From Nanobdellota archaeon (GTDB lineage: Archaea; Nanobdellota; Nanobdellia; Woesearchaeales; CAZZGN01), in NCBI GenBank assembly GCA_051819665.1, contig JBNJDG010000002.1, forward strand, positions 2,439 to 66,438: a stretch of DNA of 64,000 bases, written 5' to 3'. The translations under genes were made by a program, and so were the position numbers. Positions within the stretch are counted from its first letter, which is position 1. Each line of letters starts with the position of its first letter. Positions 36,454-46,911 of the stretch are shown here, one piece after another. A model generated the notes under the pieces. It worked only from the letters and a program-made list of their open reading frames with translations, was not told the DNA's origin and searched no databases.

Positions 36454-37801
36454 GTCCGCCCATCTGTTTCATCATCTGTTCCATCTTCTTCTTACCGCCC
36501 TTACCGGGCTTGAACATCTTCATCATCTTCTTACCCTTCTTGTAATGCTTGAGCATCTCCCTCACGTCAGTGACAGAAGCTCCCGCTCCGTCAGCTATCC
36601 TCTCGACCCTTGACTTGTCCATGATATCCGGATTCTCAAGCTCTTCCTTGGTGCAGCTGTTCATGACGATCTTCCATGTATCCAGCTTGCCTTCCTGCTG
36701 CTGGAGCATGTCCTTAGGGATATTCATCTGCCCTGCACCAGGTATCATGTCCATGACCTTGTTCAGGGGACCCATCTTCTTCATGGCCTCCATCTGCTCG
36801 TAAAGGTCTATAAGAGTAAATTCCCCCTTCATGAACTTCTTGCTCATGTCCTTGGCATCCTCTTCTTTGAAAGCCTCATTAGCCTTCTCAAGGAGCGCCT
36901 CTATATCCCCCATGCCGAGCAGTCTTCCGACGAAGCCCTTAGGGTTGAATTTCTCGAAAGCATCAGGCTTCTCACCCGTACCAATGAATTTTACAGGAGC
37001 CTCAGTGACCTGGCATGCTACAAGAGCACCTCCACCTTTAGCTGTACCATCCATCTTGGTTATTATAACACCAGTTACGCCACAGCTGTCATGGAATGCC
37101 TGAGCCTGTTTCTGGGCGGCCTGTCCCACATCAGCACCCATGACAAGAAGCTTCTCATTGGCATCGACAGCCTTATCTATCTTACCTATCTCCTCGATGA
37201 GCTCATCACTCAAAGCATCCCTTCCGGCAGTATCAACAATTACAACATCATACTTGTTGAGTTCTTCCTCGTTCTTCTCATATATGCTTACAGGGTCCTT
37301 GTCCTCCTTATCACCGAAGAAAGCCACGCCTACCTGTTCCGATATCTGCTTCAGCTGGTCATAAGCAGCGGGCCTCCATGTATCTGTCTGGATGACTGCC
37401 ACTTTATGGCCCCTCTTAGAGAAATATTTCGCTAATTTTCCTGCAGTCGTGGTCTTACCATTACCGAAAAGACCGGTAAGCATTATCCTGAAGGGCTTCT
37501 CTGTGATCTCTATCTTCTCCCCTTCCCCTCCGAGGAATTCGGTCATCGATTCATAAACCACATTGACAAGGTATTCCTTCTTCGTAAGACCTGCAGGGAT
37601 GTCCTGCTTGAGAGCCTTCTGTTTAATATCCTTCGTCAGGTCGAAGACAAGCTTCACATTCACATCCGCCTGCAGAAGAGCCCTCTGGATATCCTTTACC
37701 AGCTCATTGACAAGCTTCTCGTCCACGAAAAGCGAATTGGTTATCTTCTTCAGAGTCCCTTTGAGAGAACTGCCTAGTTTATCAAGCACCATAGTAGGCA
37801 A
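36443..37801 (-). CDS. srp54: Signal recognition particle protein SRP54
   Basis: N and G domains with GLFGNGKTTTAGKLA and DTAGR. The Met-rich C-terminal M domain is (MKKMGPLNKVMDMIPG..MMKMFKPG). Confidence 0.9.
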   Translation of the reverse strand: MPTMVLDKLGSSLKGTLKKITNSLFVDEKLVNELVKDIQRALLQADVNVKLVFDLTKDIKQKALKQDIPAGLTKKEYLVNVVYESMTEFLGGEGEKIEITEKPFRIMLTGLFGNGKTTTAGKLAKYFSKRGHKVAVIQTDTWRPAAYDQLKQISEQVGVAFFGDKEDKDPVSIYEKNEEELNKYDVVIVDTAGRDALSDELIEEIGKIDKAVDANEKLLVMGADVGQAAQKQAQAFHDSCGVTGVIITKMDGTAKGGGALVACQVTEAPVKFIGTGEKPDAFEKFNPKGFVGRLLGMGDIEALLEKANEAFKEEDAKDMSKKFMKGEFTLIDLYEQMEAMKKMGPLNKVMDMIPGAGQMNIPKDMLQQQEGKLDTWKIVMNSCTKEELENPDIMDKSRVERIADGAGASVTDVREMLKHYKKGKKMMKMFKPGKGGKKKMEQMMKQMGGPSS

Positions 37802-37816
37802 GGATTGTTGAGAGAT

Positions 37817-38323
37817 TTATAAATATTGCCCTATAGATTCCAGCGTTTTCTTATCATAACGGAGATCAACAACTCCCGGGGAAAAAGGACCCAAAGTAAG
37901 ACCGGAGACAAGGCCTTCTCTCATGGACTTATCATTCATAGAGAAAGGGAGGAAATGAAGAAGACCGTCTATCTGATCCAACTGATACTCATCGGCCATA
38001 TCCTCCGTCAAAGAAGATATATAATGGGAGATGTCCTTATGCTCCCTTTCATCGAAAAGCCTGGAGGGCTTCACCTTGAAAGCATAGAGCTTATCCTTAT
38101 AAACAATACCACCATCAAAATTAGTACCTCCGGGAATAAGTTCCAGACCGGCTTTATAGATCCTCTCATGAGCAAGGTTCACCGCAAAGGCCTTTGTACG
38201 GTCATCATGCCAGCTATTATCATACTTGAGAACCTCGTTGATATCAACATCCACATCCAGCCTGGAAACAACTTCATTGATCATGACACAGGGAAGATAG
38301 AGATTATATTTAACTGTTTTCAC
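37817..38323 (-). CDS. Hypothetical protein
   Basis: 168-aa ORF, no motif. Confidence 0.35.
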   Translation of the reverse strand: MKTVKYNLYLPCVMINEVVSRLDVDVDINEVLKYDNSWHDDRTKAFAVNLAHERIYKAGLELIPGGTNFDGGIVYKDKLYAFKVKPSRLFDEREHKDISHYISSLTEDMADEYQLDQIDGLLHFLPFSMNDKSMREGLVSGLTLGPFSPGVVDLRYDKKTLESIGQYL

Positions 38324-38376
38324 TTTCAGGGTAATACACCAATAAATTTATAAACATACAACCGTAATCCGGAAGC

Positions 38377-38952
38377 ATGACAAACAAAATTCTCGCTATA
38401 GTCGGCATGTGTGGTGCAGGCAAATCTGAAGCGGCAGATCATCTCACCAGGAAAGGCTATCAGTTCCTGAGGTTCGGACAGATTACCCTTGATATCGTGA
38501 AGAAAAGATACGGGGAAGTGAACGAGAAGAACGAGAAGAAAGTAAGGGAAGAACTGAGGCAGGAATACGGGAAAGCCGCCTTTGCGAAGCTCAACATAGA
38601 GAAGATAGAGGATCTCTTAAAGAAAGGGCCTGTAGTCGCAGACGGATTATACAGCTGGTCCGAATACAAGGTACTGAAAGAGAGATTCGGAGATAAGCTG
38701 AAGGTATTGGCCGTACATGCTCCTCCTAAAGTGAGATATGACCGTCTGGAGAACCGGAGCAGCGAGAATGATGAAGAGTCAAGGTTCAGGTCTTTCACGA
38801 GAGAGGAGGCAAAAGAAAGGGACAAGTCAGAGATAGAGAACATCGAGAAGGCAGGACCTATAGCCATGGCAGACTTCATGGTTGTAAATACAGGCACAAT
38901 AGATGAGCTTAAGGAAAAGATTGACTCTGTTACAGGTGAACATGATGGATAA
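38377..38952 (+). CDS. P-loop nucleotide/nucleoside kinase (CoaE/dNMP-kinase-like)
   Basis: [16 protein letters not shown] Walker A. Length is 191 aa. It sits first in the nucleotide-metabolism cluster. Confidence 0.5.
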   Translation: MTNKILAIVGMCGAGKSEAADHLTRKGYQFLRFGQITLDIVKKRYGEVNEKNEKKVREELRQEYGKAAFAKLNIEKIEDLLKKGPVVADGLYSWSEYKVLKERFGDKLKVLAVHAPPKVRYDRLENRSSENDEESRFRSFTREEAKERDKSEIENIEKAGPIAMADFMVVNTGTIDELKEKIDSVTGEHDG

Positions 38953-39436
38953 AAGGAAGGATTATATCTCATGGGATGATTATTTCATGGGCATCGCTGC
39001 ATTATCAGCGAAAAGGAGCAAGGACCCGAACACACAAGTAGGTGCCTGTATAGTGAACGGGGAGAACAAGATAGTAGGAATAGGATACAACGGCTTTCCT
39101 CTGGGATGTCCGGATAATAAGCTACCCTGGAGCAAGAAAGGAGAAACCTCTCTTGATACAAAATACCCGTATGTTGTCCATGCAGAGCAGAACGCCATCA
39201 TGAACTCGACTACTGGACTTAAAGGGTCCAGGATGTATGTAGCACTATTCCCCTGCAATGAATGCTGTAAGCTCATATTGCAGGCAGGCATCAAGGAAGT
39301 GATCTATCTGGAAGACAAATATCCTGAATCTGAGTCTGTAATAGCCTCCAAGAAGATGTTCGATATGGCAGGAGTGAAATACAGGAGATTTATACCGACG
39401 CAAGAAACTTTGAATATAAATCTGAAAGCAGAATGA
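38942..39436 (+). CDS. dCMP deaminase (CMP/dCMP deaminase zinc-binding family)
   Basis: HAEQNAI and PCNECCKLI zinc-ligand motifs. The start was chosen at MMDKRKDY. Confidence 0.8.
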   Translation: MMDKRKDYISWDDYFMGIAALSAKRSKDPNTQVGACIVNGENKIVGIGYNGFPLGCPDNKLPWSKKGETSLDTKYPYVVHAEQNAIMNSTTGLKGSRMYVALFPCNECCKLILQAGIKEVIYLEDKYPESESVIASKKMFDMAGVKYRRFIPTQETLNINLKAE

Positions 39437-40302
39437 AAAAGATAGATGTAGGAGGACAGGCACTGATAGAGGGGTTGATGATAAAATCCCCGAAGTTCAT
39501 ATCAGTAGGTGTGAGGAAAGACGGGAAGATAGAAACGAAGACAGAGAAGTATACTTCTTATACGAAAAGGAACAGGATCCTTGGTCTGCCTTTCATAAGA
39601 GGAATAGTGAGCCTGGTCGAGATGCTTTACATAGGCATGAAAGAGCTCATTTACTCCGCCAACCAACAGGATGAGGAGGAAGAGAGCCTCAAGCCCTCGC
39701 ATATAATACTCACTATTGTCCTCTCACTCGCATTCGCATTGCTCCTCTTCAAGGCAGTTCCCCTCCTGATAGCGAAAGGATTCTCAAGCATATCCACACT
39801 GAATGATGTAACATTCAATGTGATAGACGGCCTGAGCAGGATAGCGATATTCCTCATCTACATCGTCCTTATCTCCAGGATGGAAGACATAAAAGTGATG
39901 TTCCAGTATCATGGAGCAGAGCATGCATCGATAGCATGTTACGAACATGGCGAGAAGCTCACCCCGAAGAATGTCCTGAAACACTCTACCATACACAGAA
40001 GATGCGGTACGAATTTCATCTTCCTTACATTGATATTGAGCATACTCATCTTCTCGATTGTGCCGACAGATCTGCCCTACCATAAGCTCCTCTTGTTGAG
40101 ACTTCCATTAGTATTACCCATCGCAGGTCTCTCTTATGAATTCCTCAAGCTGGGGGCGAAGAAGAGCAGGATATTGAGATCGCTCACAATGCCGGGCCTG
40201 TGGCTCCAGAGGATAACCACAAAAAGACCTAACAAGAAACAGGCAGAAGTGGCTATTGCAACCCTGAAAGCCCTGCTGAAGAAACACGGTGTTAAAGCAT
40301 GA
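39433..40302 (+). CDS. DUF1385-family membrane-associated protein
   Basis: N-terminal [15 protein letters not shown], typical of DUF1385, followed by several TM helices. Confidence 0.55.
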   Translation: MKKIDVGGQALIEGLMIKSPKFISVGVRKDGKIETKTEKYTSYTKRNRILGLPFIRGIVSLVEMLYIGMKELIYSANQQDEEEESLKPSHIILTIVLSLAFALLLFKAVPLLIAKGFSSISTLNDVTFNVIDGLSRIAIFLIYIVLISRMEDIKVMFQYHGAEHASIACYEHGEKLTPKNVLKHSTIHRRCGTNFIFLTLILSILIFSIVPTDLPYHKLLLLRLPLVLPIAGLSYEFLKLGAKKSRILRSLTMPGLWLQRITTKRPNKKQAEVAIATLKALLKKHGVKA

Positions 40303-40739
40303 GAGCTTTATTTCTCGGAAGATTCCAGCCTTTCCACAAAGGCCATCTTGATGCTCTGGCACAGATAGAGGAAGAAGAGCTGATAATCGCGATTGGGTCA
40401 TCACAGACACATGACACAGAGGACAATCCTTTCCCTGCAGGCATGAGAAGAAGGATGATCAATGAATCGGTAAAGAAACCTTTCAGGCTTGCCTATATCG
40501 AAGATACAGAAACGGACAAGGAATGGATGAACAACATAACCCTGCTTGATTTCGACATAATATATACGGGAAATCCAGACACGGAGAAACTCTTCAGAGA
40601 ACATGGTTATAAGGTAAAGAAACTCGATTTCAATGAAGATATAACCGCTACTGAGATAAGGAAAAGGATAAGAGAGGGTAAGGGATGGCACCACCTGGTC
40701 CCTGATGCTGTCAAAGATATCATAGCTTCGATTTTATAG
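40299..40739 (+). CDS. Nicotinamide-nucleotide adenylyltransferase (archaeal NMNAT)
   Basis: GRFQPFHKGH (HxGH) and IIAIGSSQ, typical of archaeal NMNAT. ATGA overlap with the upstream gene. Confidence 0.8.
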   Translation: MRALFLGRFQPFHKGHLDALAQIEEEELIIAIGSSQTHDTEDNPFPAGMRRRMINESVKKPFRLAYIEDTETDKEWMNNITLLDFDIIYTGNPDTEKLFREHGYKVKKLDFNEDITATEIRKRIREGKGWHHLVPDAVKDIIASIL

Positions 40740-41124
40740 CGTTAGAGTATTCTTCCATCTCGCCTTCCTTATAATTCCCCTGTTTAAGGGTCGAGAGCAC
40801 ATTATCCCCTTCTACCCTCGGAACTATGTGATAATGCACATGCGGGACGATCTGCCCTGCTGCTTTATTGTTGTTCATGATGATATTATATCCATGACAC
40901 GAAGTTGCATCCTTTACAGCCACTGCTACCTTCTGGGTGACAGCGGTAAACTCTTTCAGCTTATCCTCCGGAATGTCAGTGAAAGTCTCGTAATGCTCTT
41001 TGGTTATTACAAGGGTATGGCCATTATTAGCAGGACTGATATCCAGAAAAGCCACGAAATTATCATCCTCATATACCTTGTTTGCAGGCATCTCTCCTTT
41101 TGCGATCTTACAGAATATACACAT
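40720..41124 (-). CDS. HIT-family (histidine triad) nucleotide hydrolase
   Basis: HVHYHIVPR histidine triad. Confidence 0.75.
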   Translation of the reverse strand: MCIFCKIAKGEMPANKVYEDDNFVAFLDISPANNGHTLVITKEHYETFTDIPEDKLKEFTAVTQKVAVAVKDATSCHGYNIIMNNNKAAGQIVPHVHYHIVPRVEGDNVLSTLKQGNYKEGEMEEYSNAIKSKL

Positions 41125-41135
41125 AAAAAATCACC

Positions 41136-41489
41136 TCATAGTTCATCATATTTATCATGCCTGCCCTTAGCCTTTGAGACAGGATATTTCTTCTTATTGA
41201 TATCTAGTTTCTCATGAAAGGCTTTCTCAAGGTCTATGCCTTCAGCCTCGCACAGAGCGAGCAGGAATATGAAAACATCCGCTGCTTCATGCGAGAATTT
41301 CTCCTTATTATATTTATCTGATAGATACTCCTTCACCTGTTCACTGCTCTTGAACCTGAGATGCTCGAGAAGCTCGGCAGCTTCTGTAGAGACGCCTATC
41401 GCAAGATTGGTGGCTGTATGGAACTGCTGCCAGTCCCTTGCATCCCTGAATTCTTTCACCTTACTTTGTAATTCTTTGATTGTTGCCAT
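41136..41489 (-). CDS. MazG-family nucleotide pyrophosphohydrolase
   Basis: Small all-alpha protein. EAAELLEH and EAADVFIFLLALCE give EExx(E/D) metal-binding pairs. Confidence 0.55.
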   Translation of the reverse strand: MATIKELQSKVKEFRDARDWQQFHTATNLAIGVSTEAAELLEHLRFKSSEQVKEYLSDKYNKEKFSHEAADVFIFLLALCEAEGIDLEKAFHEKLDINKKKYPVSKAKGRHDKYDEL

Positions 41490-42103
41490 CTTTCATATAT
41501 CATATCAGTTATCTTATCCGGACCATACTTCGCTGTATCGAACTTATTCTCTTCAGGCAGAGATTTCATGATCTTATCTATATCAAAAAACTTATCCTCA
41601 AGCGCTTTCTGATAGAAGGGATCCTCCCATGTATGATTATGCATCTCTTCCGATCTTCTCCTTATCTCATCCTTATCATCAAGCTTAAGGCCGAATGTCA
41701 TATACCCTTGTTCACTGAGCTTCTTAAAGCTCTCAAAATACCTGGCTCCCGCTATTATCGGCACCTTTTCCTCATCGATGAACTCTGAGAGTATCGTGAG
41801 ATTATAGGAAGGATCCTCGCCACTGAAACGTTGGTTGAGCTTATACGAGAACTCTATCGTCTCGCCCCTTGAAAGGCTGTCTATATAGCTCTTATCTACC
41901 TTCCCCGGGTAATTCTTTATGTCCTCTATGAACTCATCCAAGGACACATCATCAAGAGCACCATTCTCATTATAGCCCATCATGATGGGTGGATAGGTGA
42001 GTATCTTCGATTTGTCTATGAGCTGTGAATCAGGGATCTTATCAGCCAGTTTACTCGCTACGGTAGTCTTTCCTGTGAAAATATCCCCCACTATGTTTAT
42101 CAT
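41456..42103 (-). CDS. P-loop kinase-like protein (putative (deoxy)nucleoside/nucleotide kinase)
   Basis: N-terminal IVGDIFTGKTT Walker A. Confidence 0.4.
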   Translation of the reverse strand: MINIVGDIFTGKTTVASKLADKIPDSQLIDKSKILTYPPIMMGYNENGALDDVSLDEFIEDIKNYPGKVDKSYIDSLSRGETIEFSYKLNQRFSGEDPSYNLTILSEFIDEEKVPIIAGARYFESFKKLSEQGYMTFGLKLDDKDEIRRRSEEMHNHTWEDPFYQKALEDKFFDIDKIMKSLPEENKFDTAKYGPDKITDMIYERWQQSKNYKVR

Positions 42104-42153
42104 ACTACCTAGAAATCAAAAACAATTTAAATATTTATTGAAACATATGCCAT

Positions 42154-42522
42154 ATGGAAGAACTGAAGAAAATCATGAAGCTCGACAGGAATAATTCTGA
42201 ATGGGGGCAGAGCTATACGTTCCGGAAAGCGGTGGATGAGCTAAGATCCGAGATTGACGAGATCCAGGAAGCTCTTGACAAGAAAGATTATGACAACCTG
42301 AAGGAAGAGCTGGGCGATGCCCTGGGTGATCTGATGTATCTATCGATAATAGCTGAAGAGGAAGGCCACTTCAAATTTGAAGATACAGTTAAATCCATAG
42401 CCGAGAAGATGAAGAGGAGAAAACCCTGGCTGATGGAAGGCAAAACCCTGCCTCTGAAAGAAGAACAGAGATTATGGGAAGAGATCAAGAAGAAGGATAA
42501 GGAAAAGAAGAACAAATCATAA
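42154..42522 (+). CDS. MazG-family nucleotide pyrophosphohydrolase (second copy)
   Basis: EIDEIQEAL and EELGDALGDLMYLS motifs. Confidence 0.55.
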   Translation: MEELKKIMKLDRNNSEWGQSYTFRKAVDELRSEIDEIQEALDKKDYDNLKEELGDALGDLMYLSIIAEEEGHFKFEDTVKSIAEKMKRRKPWLMEGKTLPLKEEQRLWEEIKKKDKEKKNKS

Positions 42523-42975
42523 TTCCACAAATTCCAGCTTATCCCCCGAAACATCAAGCAAAGCCACAGTCCCTTCTGCATTGTGATAATGAGCGCCCGG
42601 GTTTATGAGCCTCACACTGCCTGAGCTTTCATCATTCCTGGTATGATCATGCCCATAAAGAACATAATCAGCCTCCATCTCTCTCGCGATATGAGGATAA
42701 TGCGTGCCCTTTATAACTTTACCTTCGTGCTCAATCGTAAGCTCTTCTGTGAACTCACCGTCAATCTCTTTTATCTTCTTCATCAGGTTCTCTGTGTCAC
42801 CGTCATTATTACCCTTCACAAAATATACCTTCAATCCTTCGAAAAAAGGTATTGTTGCAGGTGCTATTATGTCTCCGAGATGGACGACGAAATCAACTTC
42901 CCTCTCTCTGAAGACTGAAACAGCCTTCCTGACATTCTCGACATTATCATGCGTGTCCGAGATTATACCTATCAT
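42517..42975 (-). CDS. YfcE/MJ0936-type metallophosphoesterase
   Basis: MIGIISDTHDN, HLGDI and GNNDGD phosphoesterase motifs. The start was chosen at MIGI, and the upstream extension in the listed ORF was rejected. Confidence 0.75.
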   Translation of the reverse strand: MIGIISDTHDNVENVRKAVSVFREREVDFVVHLGDIIAPATIPFFEGLKVYFVKGNNDGDTENLMKKIKEIDGEFTEELTIEHEGKVIKGTHYPHIAREMEADYVLYGHDHTRNDESSGSVRLINPGAHYHNAEGTVALLDVSGDKLEFVEL

Positions 42976-43514
42976 CCTAACACCTCCATTATTTCGGCCC
43001 AGCTCTTCACTCTCCTTGCTCCTTCCAAATGCTCGCGGTTCCATGGCTGATCCATCAGGATCACATCCAGATGAGGAAGGCATTCACGGGCATTGTCATA
43101 ATTGTCCTCTATGATGAGCGAAGCTCCATGATCCGTGCATACATCCACCTTCCTTAACTCATCATCATTGAACCTGTTAGTGAAAACGATCTTATCGAAA
43201 ACTCCAGGGAGGTGCTTATCTATCCAGTTGTAAGTCTTCTCTTTATTCTTCTCCTGCCTCGCTGTCACAATTATGAGCTCATGCTTCCTTGATAATTCCT
43301 TGAGAGATTCCACAGCGCCAGGAAGAGGGTTTAGCTCCTCCAAAGCATCAGAGGAAAAGAGAGGCTTCAGCTTCCTCAAAAAACCCTCCTTATCTTCACC
43401 GACAACTCTCCAGAGATCATAGGTAAAGATCTCCTCCTTCTTAAGCCCTGTTCCATAATTCTCATTATAAAATCTTATGAAAGCAGAACTGAAATCCGCG
43501 ATCACATCATCCAT
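42972..43514 (-). CDS. HAD-superfamily 5'(3')-deoxyribonucleotidase-like phosphatase
   Basis: IAIDMDDVIADF (DxDx[TV] motif I), IVTAR and IIEDN. The start was chosen at MDDV-proximal M55, and the 162-nt upstream extension overlapping glgB was rejected. Confidence 0.6.
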   Translation of the reverse strand: MDDVIADFSSAFIRFYNENYGTGLKKEEIFTYDLWRVVGEDKEGFLRKLKPLFSSDALEELNPLPGAVESLKELSRKHELIIVTARQEKNKEKTYNWIDKHLPGVFDKIVFTNRFNDDELRKVDVCTDHGASLIIEDNYDNARECLPHLDVILMDQPWNREHLEGARRVKSWAEIMEVLG

Positions 43515-43515
43515 A

Positions 43516-45489
43516 TCAATCGCTATTCTCACTTTTAAGCACCACAACACTATAAGGGCCCACTTTACCAAGCTCCACCTCTCTCTCCAGAAGCCCGAAA
43601 TTATCGCTTTCCTTATTCTTAAGCTTCTCCGGATAAGTAGTGAGGCCACTTCCTGAATAATCAAAGAGGTCGCCATTGAAGACTACCCTGTAATCAGCCT
43701 TATCGGTAACCCCCACCTTATAATTATGATGTACCCAAGAGGATAAGTTGATCGCGATGACATATTTTGTCTTCTTACCCTTATAATCGGCAGATCTTTC
43801 AACGACAAGCATCTTGTTGGAATCATCCACATTGAGGAATTTGCGGTTCTTGGTGAACATCGGCCAGAAAGCCGGATCATCCATAATCTTGTTAACCTTC
43901 TCCTTATACTTCAGGAGATTCCTGTTACATTGTGTGAAGGTAAGATACCACCTGATCGAGCTGTCATGCTCGAATGTGCCTGTCTGCATCAGGAAAGTCT
44001 GGGCAAGGTCAAGTGTCCTCCCCTCTGTGCAGAAGGATATTATAGCTTCCATGACCTTGATCTTCCCGAGAGCATGGTAATGATTTGCAGGGTTCGTATG
44101 GGTCATCGTATCATAAGCATAGCTTCCCGTAGCCCTCTGCTCCATGAGACCTGCTGCCGCATCATGGTTATGGAAATCGGCTATCGTGGAATTGGACTGC
44201 CCCCATTCCTTCTCTTCAGCTATATCACGGAATTTCCAGGGCGTTATCTTCTCGGCCGACATCAACATATAATACACATGGAAGTAATACGTCATCCTGG
44301 AGCTGTTGTAAGCAGTAGCACCCAGTGCTCTTTCATCCTCCTCAAAAGGCACGACGAGCATCTTCGCATTATCCTTATAGAAATAATGGGACTCGAAATG
44401 TATCATGGCCCACGGATTATATGTATAGATTGTGCTGTTAAGCTCCCTCAGGAACTTCCTGCCGTTAGGCCTCTCCTCGCCCTGGCCGTTATCACCGTAT
44501 CTTATGATCCCGTCAACATTATCTATCCTCAGACCATCTATCCTGTAATGCTTAAGGAAATGAAGACAGCTCGAGACTATGAACTGTCTCACATACTTAT
44601 TATCGAAATCGAACCTCATAGTGCCCCAGGCAGTAGGCTCTTTCATAAAAAGCTCGTAACCATGCCTGGCTTTCCAGTGATGAAGCCCGTTATGCTCAGA
44701 GCTCTGCCCGAAGACCCTGAAATCCTTATAAGGCAGATGGCCGATGACAAAATCACCTATGACGGCTATGCCTCTCTTATGGCATTCGTCGATCATCCTC
44801 ATGAACTCATCGGGATTACCCCAGTTCTTCTGGATAGCAAACTGGAAAGGAACAAGATAACGATATTTCCAGTTATCACCATCTATGCTCTGGGCGAAAG
44901 GGAGAAACTGTATAGTATTGAAGCCGAGTTTCTTCACATGATCAAGTATGCCCGAATCAGCCACGAAGCTAAAATAATCCTTCTCCTTTACATCTCTGCC
45001 GCATACACCATCCTTATCGGCCCAGTGGGCTATCAACCCTGGAAGGTCTGTCTGGAGGACCTTAACAGACCTGTGGAGATTGTTTATGAAACCGTATCTC
45101 TTCTTATAGCCTTTCTCAAAATCCCAGAATACAGAATTGCCGTTATCATCGAAATATGGGGCAGCAGGATCCTGTATGAAGAACTTCTTCTCACCGTCAA
45201 ACACCAGGAATTTGTAAGGCTCTTTATGTTCGATCTCCTTATCTATAGAAGCGAAAATACTATGCTTGTCATGGGAGAGCTCATATTCCTTTAGGTTCTT
45301 CTTACCCCATTCATTGAAATTGCCTACAAGGAATACTTTCAGGTTCGGGTTATCTATAAGGACATTGAACCTGACTTTTGTCTTCTTATCCTTCCTGCTG
45401 ATCACCTTAGGCCCGAAATCGGAAGTCCATCCATCGATGTCCTTATCGGCCTTCTTCTTGTTTATGAATTTCTCCCATTGGTATTGCAT
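43516..45489 (-). CDS. glgB: GH13 1,4-alpha-glucan branching enzyme-like (CBM48 + alpha-amylase catalytic domain)
   Basis: N-terminal CBM48-like VFLVGNFNEWGKKN. The catalytic domain has GFNTIQFLPF and GIAVIGDFVIGH, and GLRIDNVDG is a GH13 region II-like motif. Confidence 0.7.
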   Translation of the reverse strand: MQYQWEKFINKKKADKDIDGWTSDFGPKVISRKDKKTKVRFNVLIDNPNLKVFLVGNFNEWGKKNLKEYELSHDKHSIFASIDKEIEHKEPYKFLVFDGEKKFFIQDPAAPYFDDNGNSVFWDFEKGYKKRYGFINNLHRSVKVLQTDLPGLIAHWADKDGVCGRDVKEKDYFSFVADSGILDHVKKLGFNTIQFLPFAQSIDGDNWKYRYLVPFQFAIQKNWGNPDEFMRMIDECHKRGIAVIGDFVIGHLPYKDFRVFGQSSEHNGLHHWKARHGYELFMKEPTAWGTMRFDFDNKYVRQFIVSSCLHFLKHYRIDGLRIDNVDGIIRYGDNGQGEERPNGRKFLRELNSTIYTYNPWAMIHFESHYFYKDNAKMLVVPFEEDERALGATAYNSSRMTYYFHVYYMLMSAEKITPWKFRDIAEEKEWGQSNSTIADFHNHDAAAGLMEQRATGSYAYDTMTHTNPANHYHALGKIKVMEAIISFCTEGRTLDLAQTFLMQTGTFEHDSSIRWYLTFTQCNRNLLKYKEKVNKIMDDPAFWPMFTKNRKFLNVDDSNKMLVVERSADYKGKKTKYVIAINLSSWVHHNYKVGVTDKADYRVVFNGDLFDYSGSGLTTYPEKLKNKESDNFGLLEREVELGKVGPYSVVVLKSENSD

Positions 45490-45530
45490 AGGGAAGGAAA
45501 TGAGAGAGATTATTTAAAAATGTTTGTATC

Positions 45531-46142
45531 TCATTTATCTTCATATAATTTTGTAACAGTGAATACAGAATCAGCCATCTTCTTGTTCAGACAATTCGCT
45601 AACTGGAGGAAAGAACTGAAGTACATATTGTTCTTCACCCTTATATCAAAATACTTGGAATCGTTCTCTTCCTGACTTATCGATGCTATCTCTTCCTTCA
45701 CCCTTCTGGACAGGGAATGCGTCTCCCCCTGGAATTTCACACCAATTATCATATTTTTCCTGCTGGCATAAATCTTATGTTCCCCGTTATCTTTGGAAAA
45801 ACCGTAGGACATGCCTTTCTTGTTAAGCATAGGATTAAGGTAATCCTCCAGGATCTGCTGCTTATCACCCACGAATCTAACCTTATATCCCTGATAATTT
45901 TCGGGTATCGAATACTCAAGGACCTCATCGCTTTTGTTGAACTTATCAGTAAGATCCGAGATGAACTTTGGAAAGCCTTTCTTCTTTATTCGTTTCTTAT
46001 GTACATTAAGGCAGTTCCCCGAGGCTTCAACATCAATCTTATAACCCAGATTCTCAGCCATAGGAGAGAATTTGTTCTCAAATAGTCTTGCAGCCCCTTC
46101 GGGGAGAAGCTTATTCTCATTCAAAGTATAATTTTCCTCCAT
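45531..46142 (-). CDS. Hypothetical protein
   Basis: 203-aa ORF, no motif. Confidence 0.35.
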   Translation of the reverse strand: MEENYTLNENKLLPEGAARLFENKFSPMAENLGYKIDVEASGNCLNVHKKRIKKKGFPKFISDLTDKFNKSDEVLEYSIPENYQGYKVRFVGDKQQILEDYLNPMLNKKGMSYGFSKDNGEHKIYASRKNMIIGVKFQGETHSLSRRVKEEIASISQEENDSKYFDIRVKNNMYFSSFLQLANCLNKKMADSVFTVTKLYEDK

Positions 46143-46186
46143 ATTAACAATGGTAAGATTCCTCTATTTAAATACTTTATTAGAAA

Positions 46187-46260
46187 TGGAGTCTGCGGGA
46201 TTTGAACCCGCGGCCTTTCGATTGCCAACCGAACGCTCTGCCAGCCTGAGCTAAGACCCC
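46187..46260 (-). tRNA. tRNA-Ala (anticodon GGC)
   Basis: The reverse complement folds as acceptor GGGGTCT/AGACTCC (G3:U70), anticodon stem TTCGG/TCGAA with loop TTGGCAA, and T-arm GCGGG-TTCAAAT-CCCGC. Confidence 0.8.
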
Positions 46261-46509
46261 TTATGGAGGGCTGGAAAAACAGATAGTATATAAAATTTAT
46301 TAAAAAGAAGATTTAAAAGGGTTTATAGAACGCCCAGATTAGGATTTCATCTTTCCCCTGTCCTCTGCTGATCCTCACCAAACCAATACCCTAACGAATG
46401 AAGTCTCCACAATTAAACCTTAATAGATAAAATTGGGTATTTGGTCCAATTAAGTAATACCAATATACAAAAAGCAACATTTATATATTAGTTTCTCTTT
46501 TCACAACCA

Positions 46510-46911
46510 TTGGGGGGTGTAAAGATGGTTATATTATTCGACAGATTCAATTTGCCCGATGATATTTACGATATCATATTTTCAACCAAGCAGCAGAAGA
46601 TAGTTGGAAAATTACTTATAAATACGATAAAGGGAAACGAAGGACAGTTCGCCAAATCAGAGATGTCGATGTTCGCGACAAAGCTCCACAACGGAGAGAT
46701 GATCGCTTATATCGATGAAGAGCCCTATAAGGGGAAGAAGGTCAAGATCAGCTATAATAAGAGACAGTTCTATGACAGGATCCTCACCCCGATGAAAGGG
46801 ATGGGCATGATTGATTATGACCTCTACAGGAAAACCTATAAGATCTCAACAGAGTTCCATAAAGCTATCATGAAAATAGGTATAATGTGGAAGCAGGAAG
46901 CTGAGAAATGA
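46510..46911 (+). CDS. Hypothetical protein
   Basis: 133-aa ORF, no motif. Confidence 0.3.
   Translation: MGGVKMVILFDRFNLPDDIYDIIFSTKQQKIVGKLLINTIKGNEGQFAKSEMSMFATKLHNGEMIAYIDEEPYKGKKVKISYNKRQFYDRILTPMKGMGMIDYDLYRKTYKISTEFHKAIMKIGIMWKQEAEK

Noticed and set aside
42972-43676. Long N-terminal extension of the HAD deoxynucleotidase (234-aa version overlapping glgB by 160 nt)
   Set aside because: The conserved HAD motif I (DMDDV) begins right after M55, and using that start removes the large overlap with the upstream minus-strand gene.
43930-45294. 454-aa plus-strand ORF inside the GH13 gene
   Set aside because: It is antisense to a gene with clear CBM48/GH13 motifs. Long antisense ORFs are expected at this GC/codon bias.
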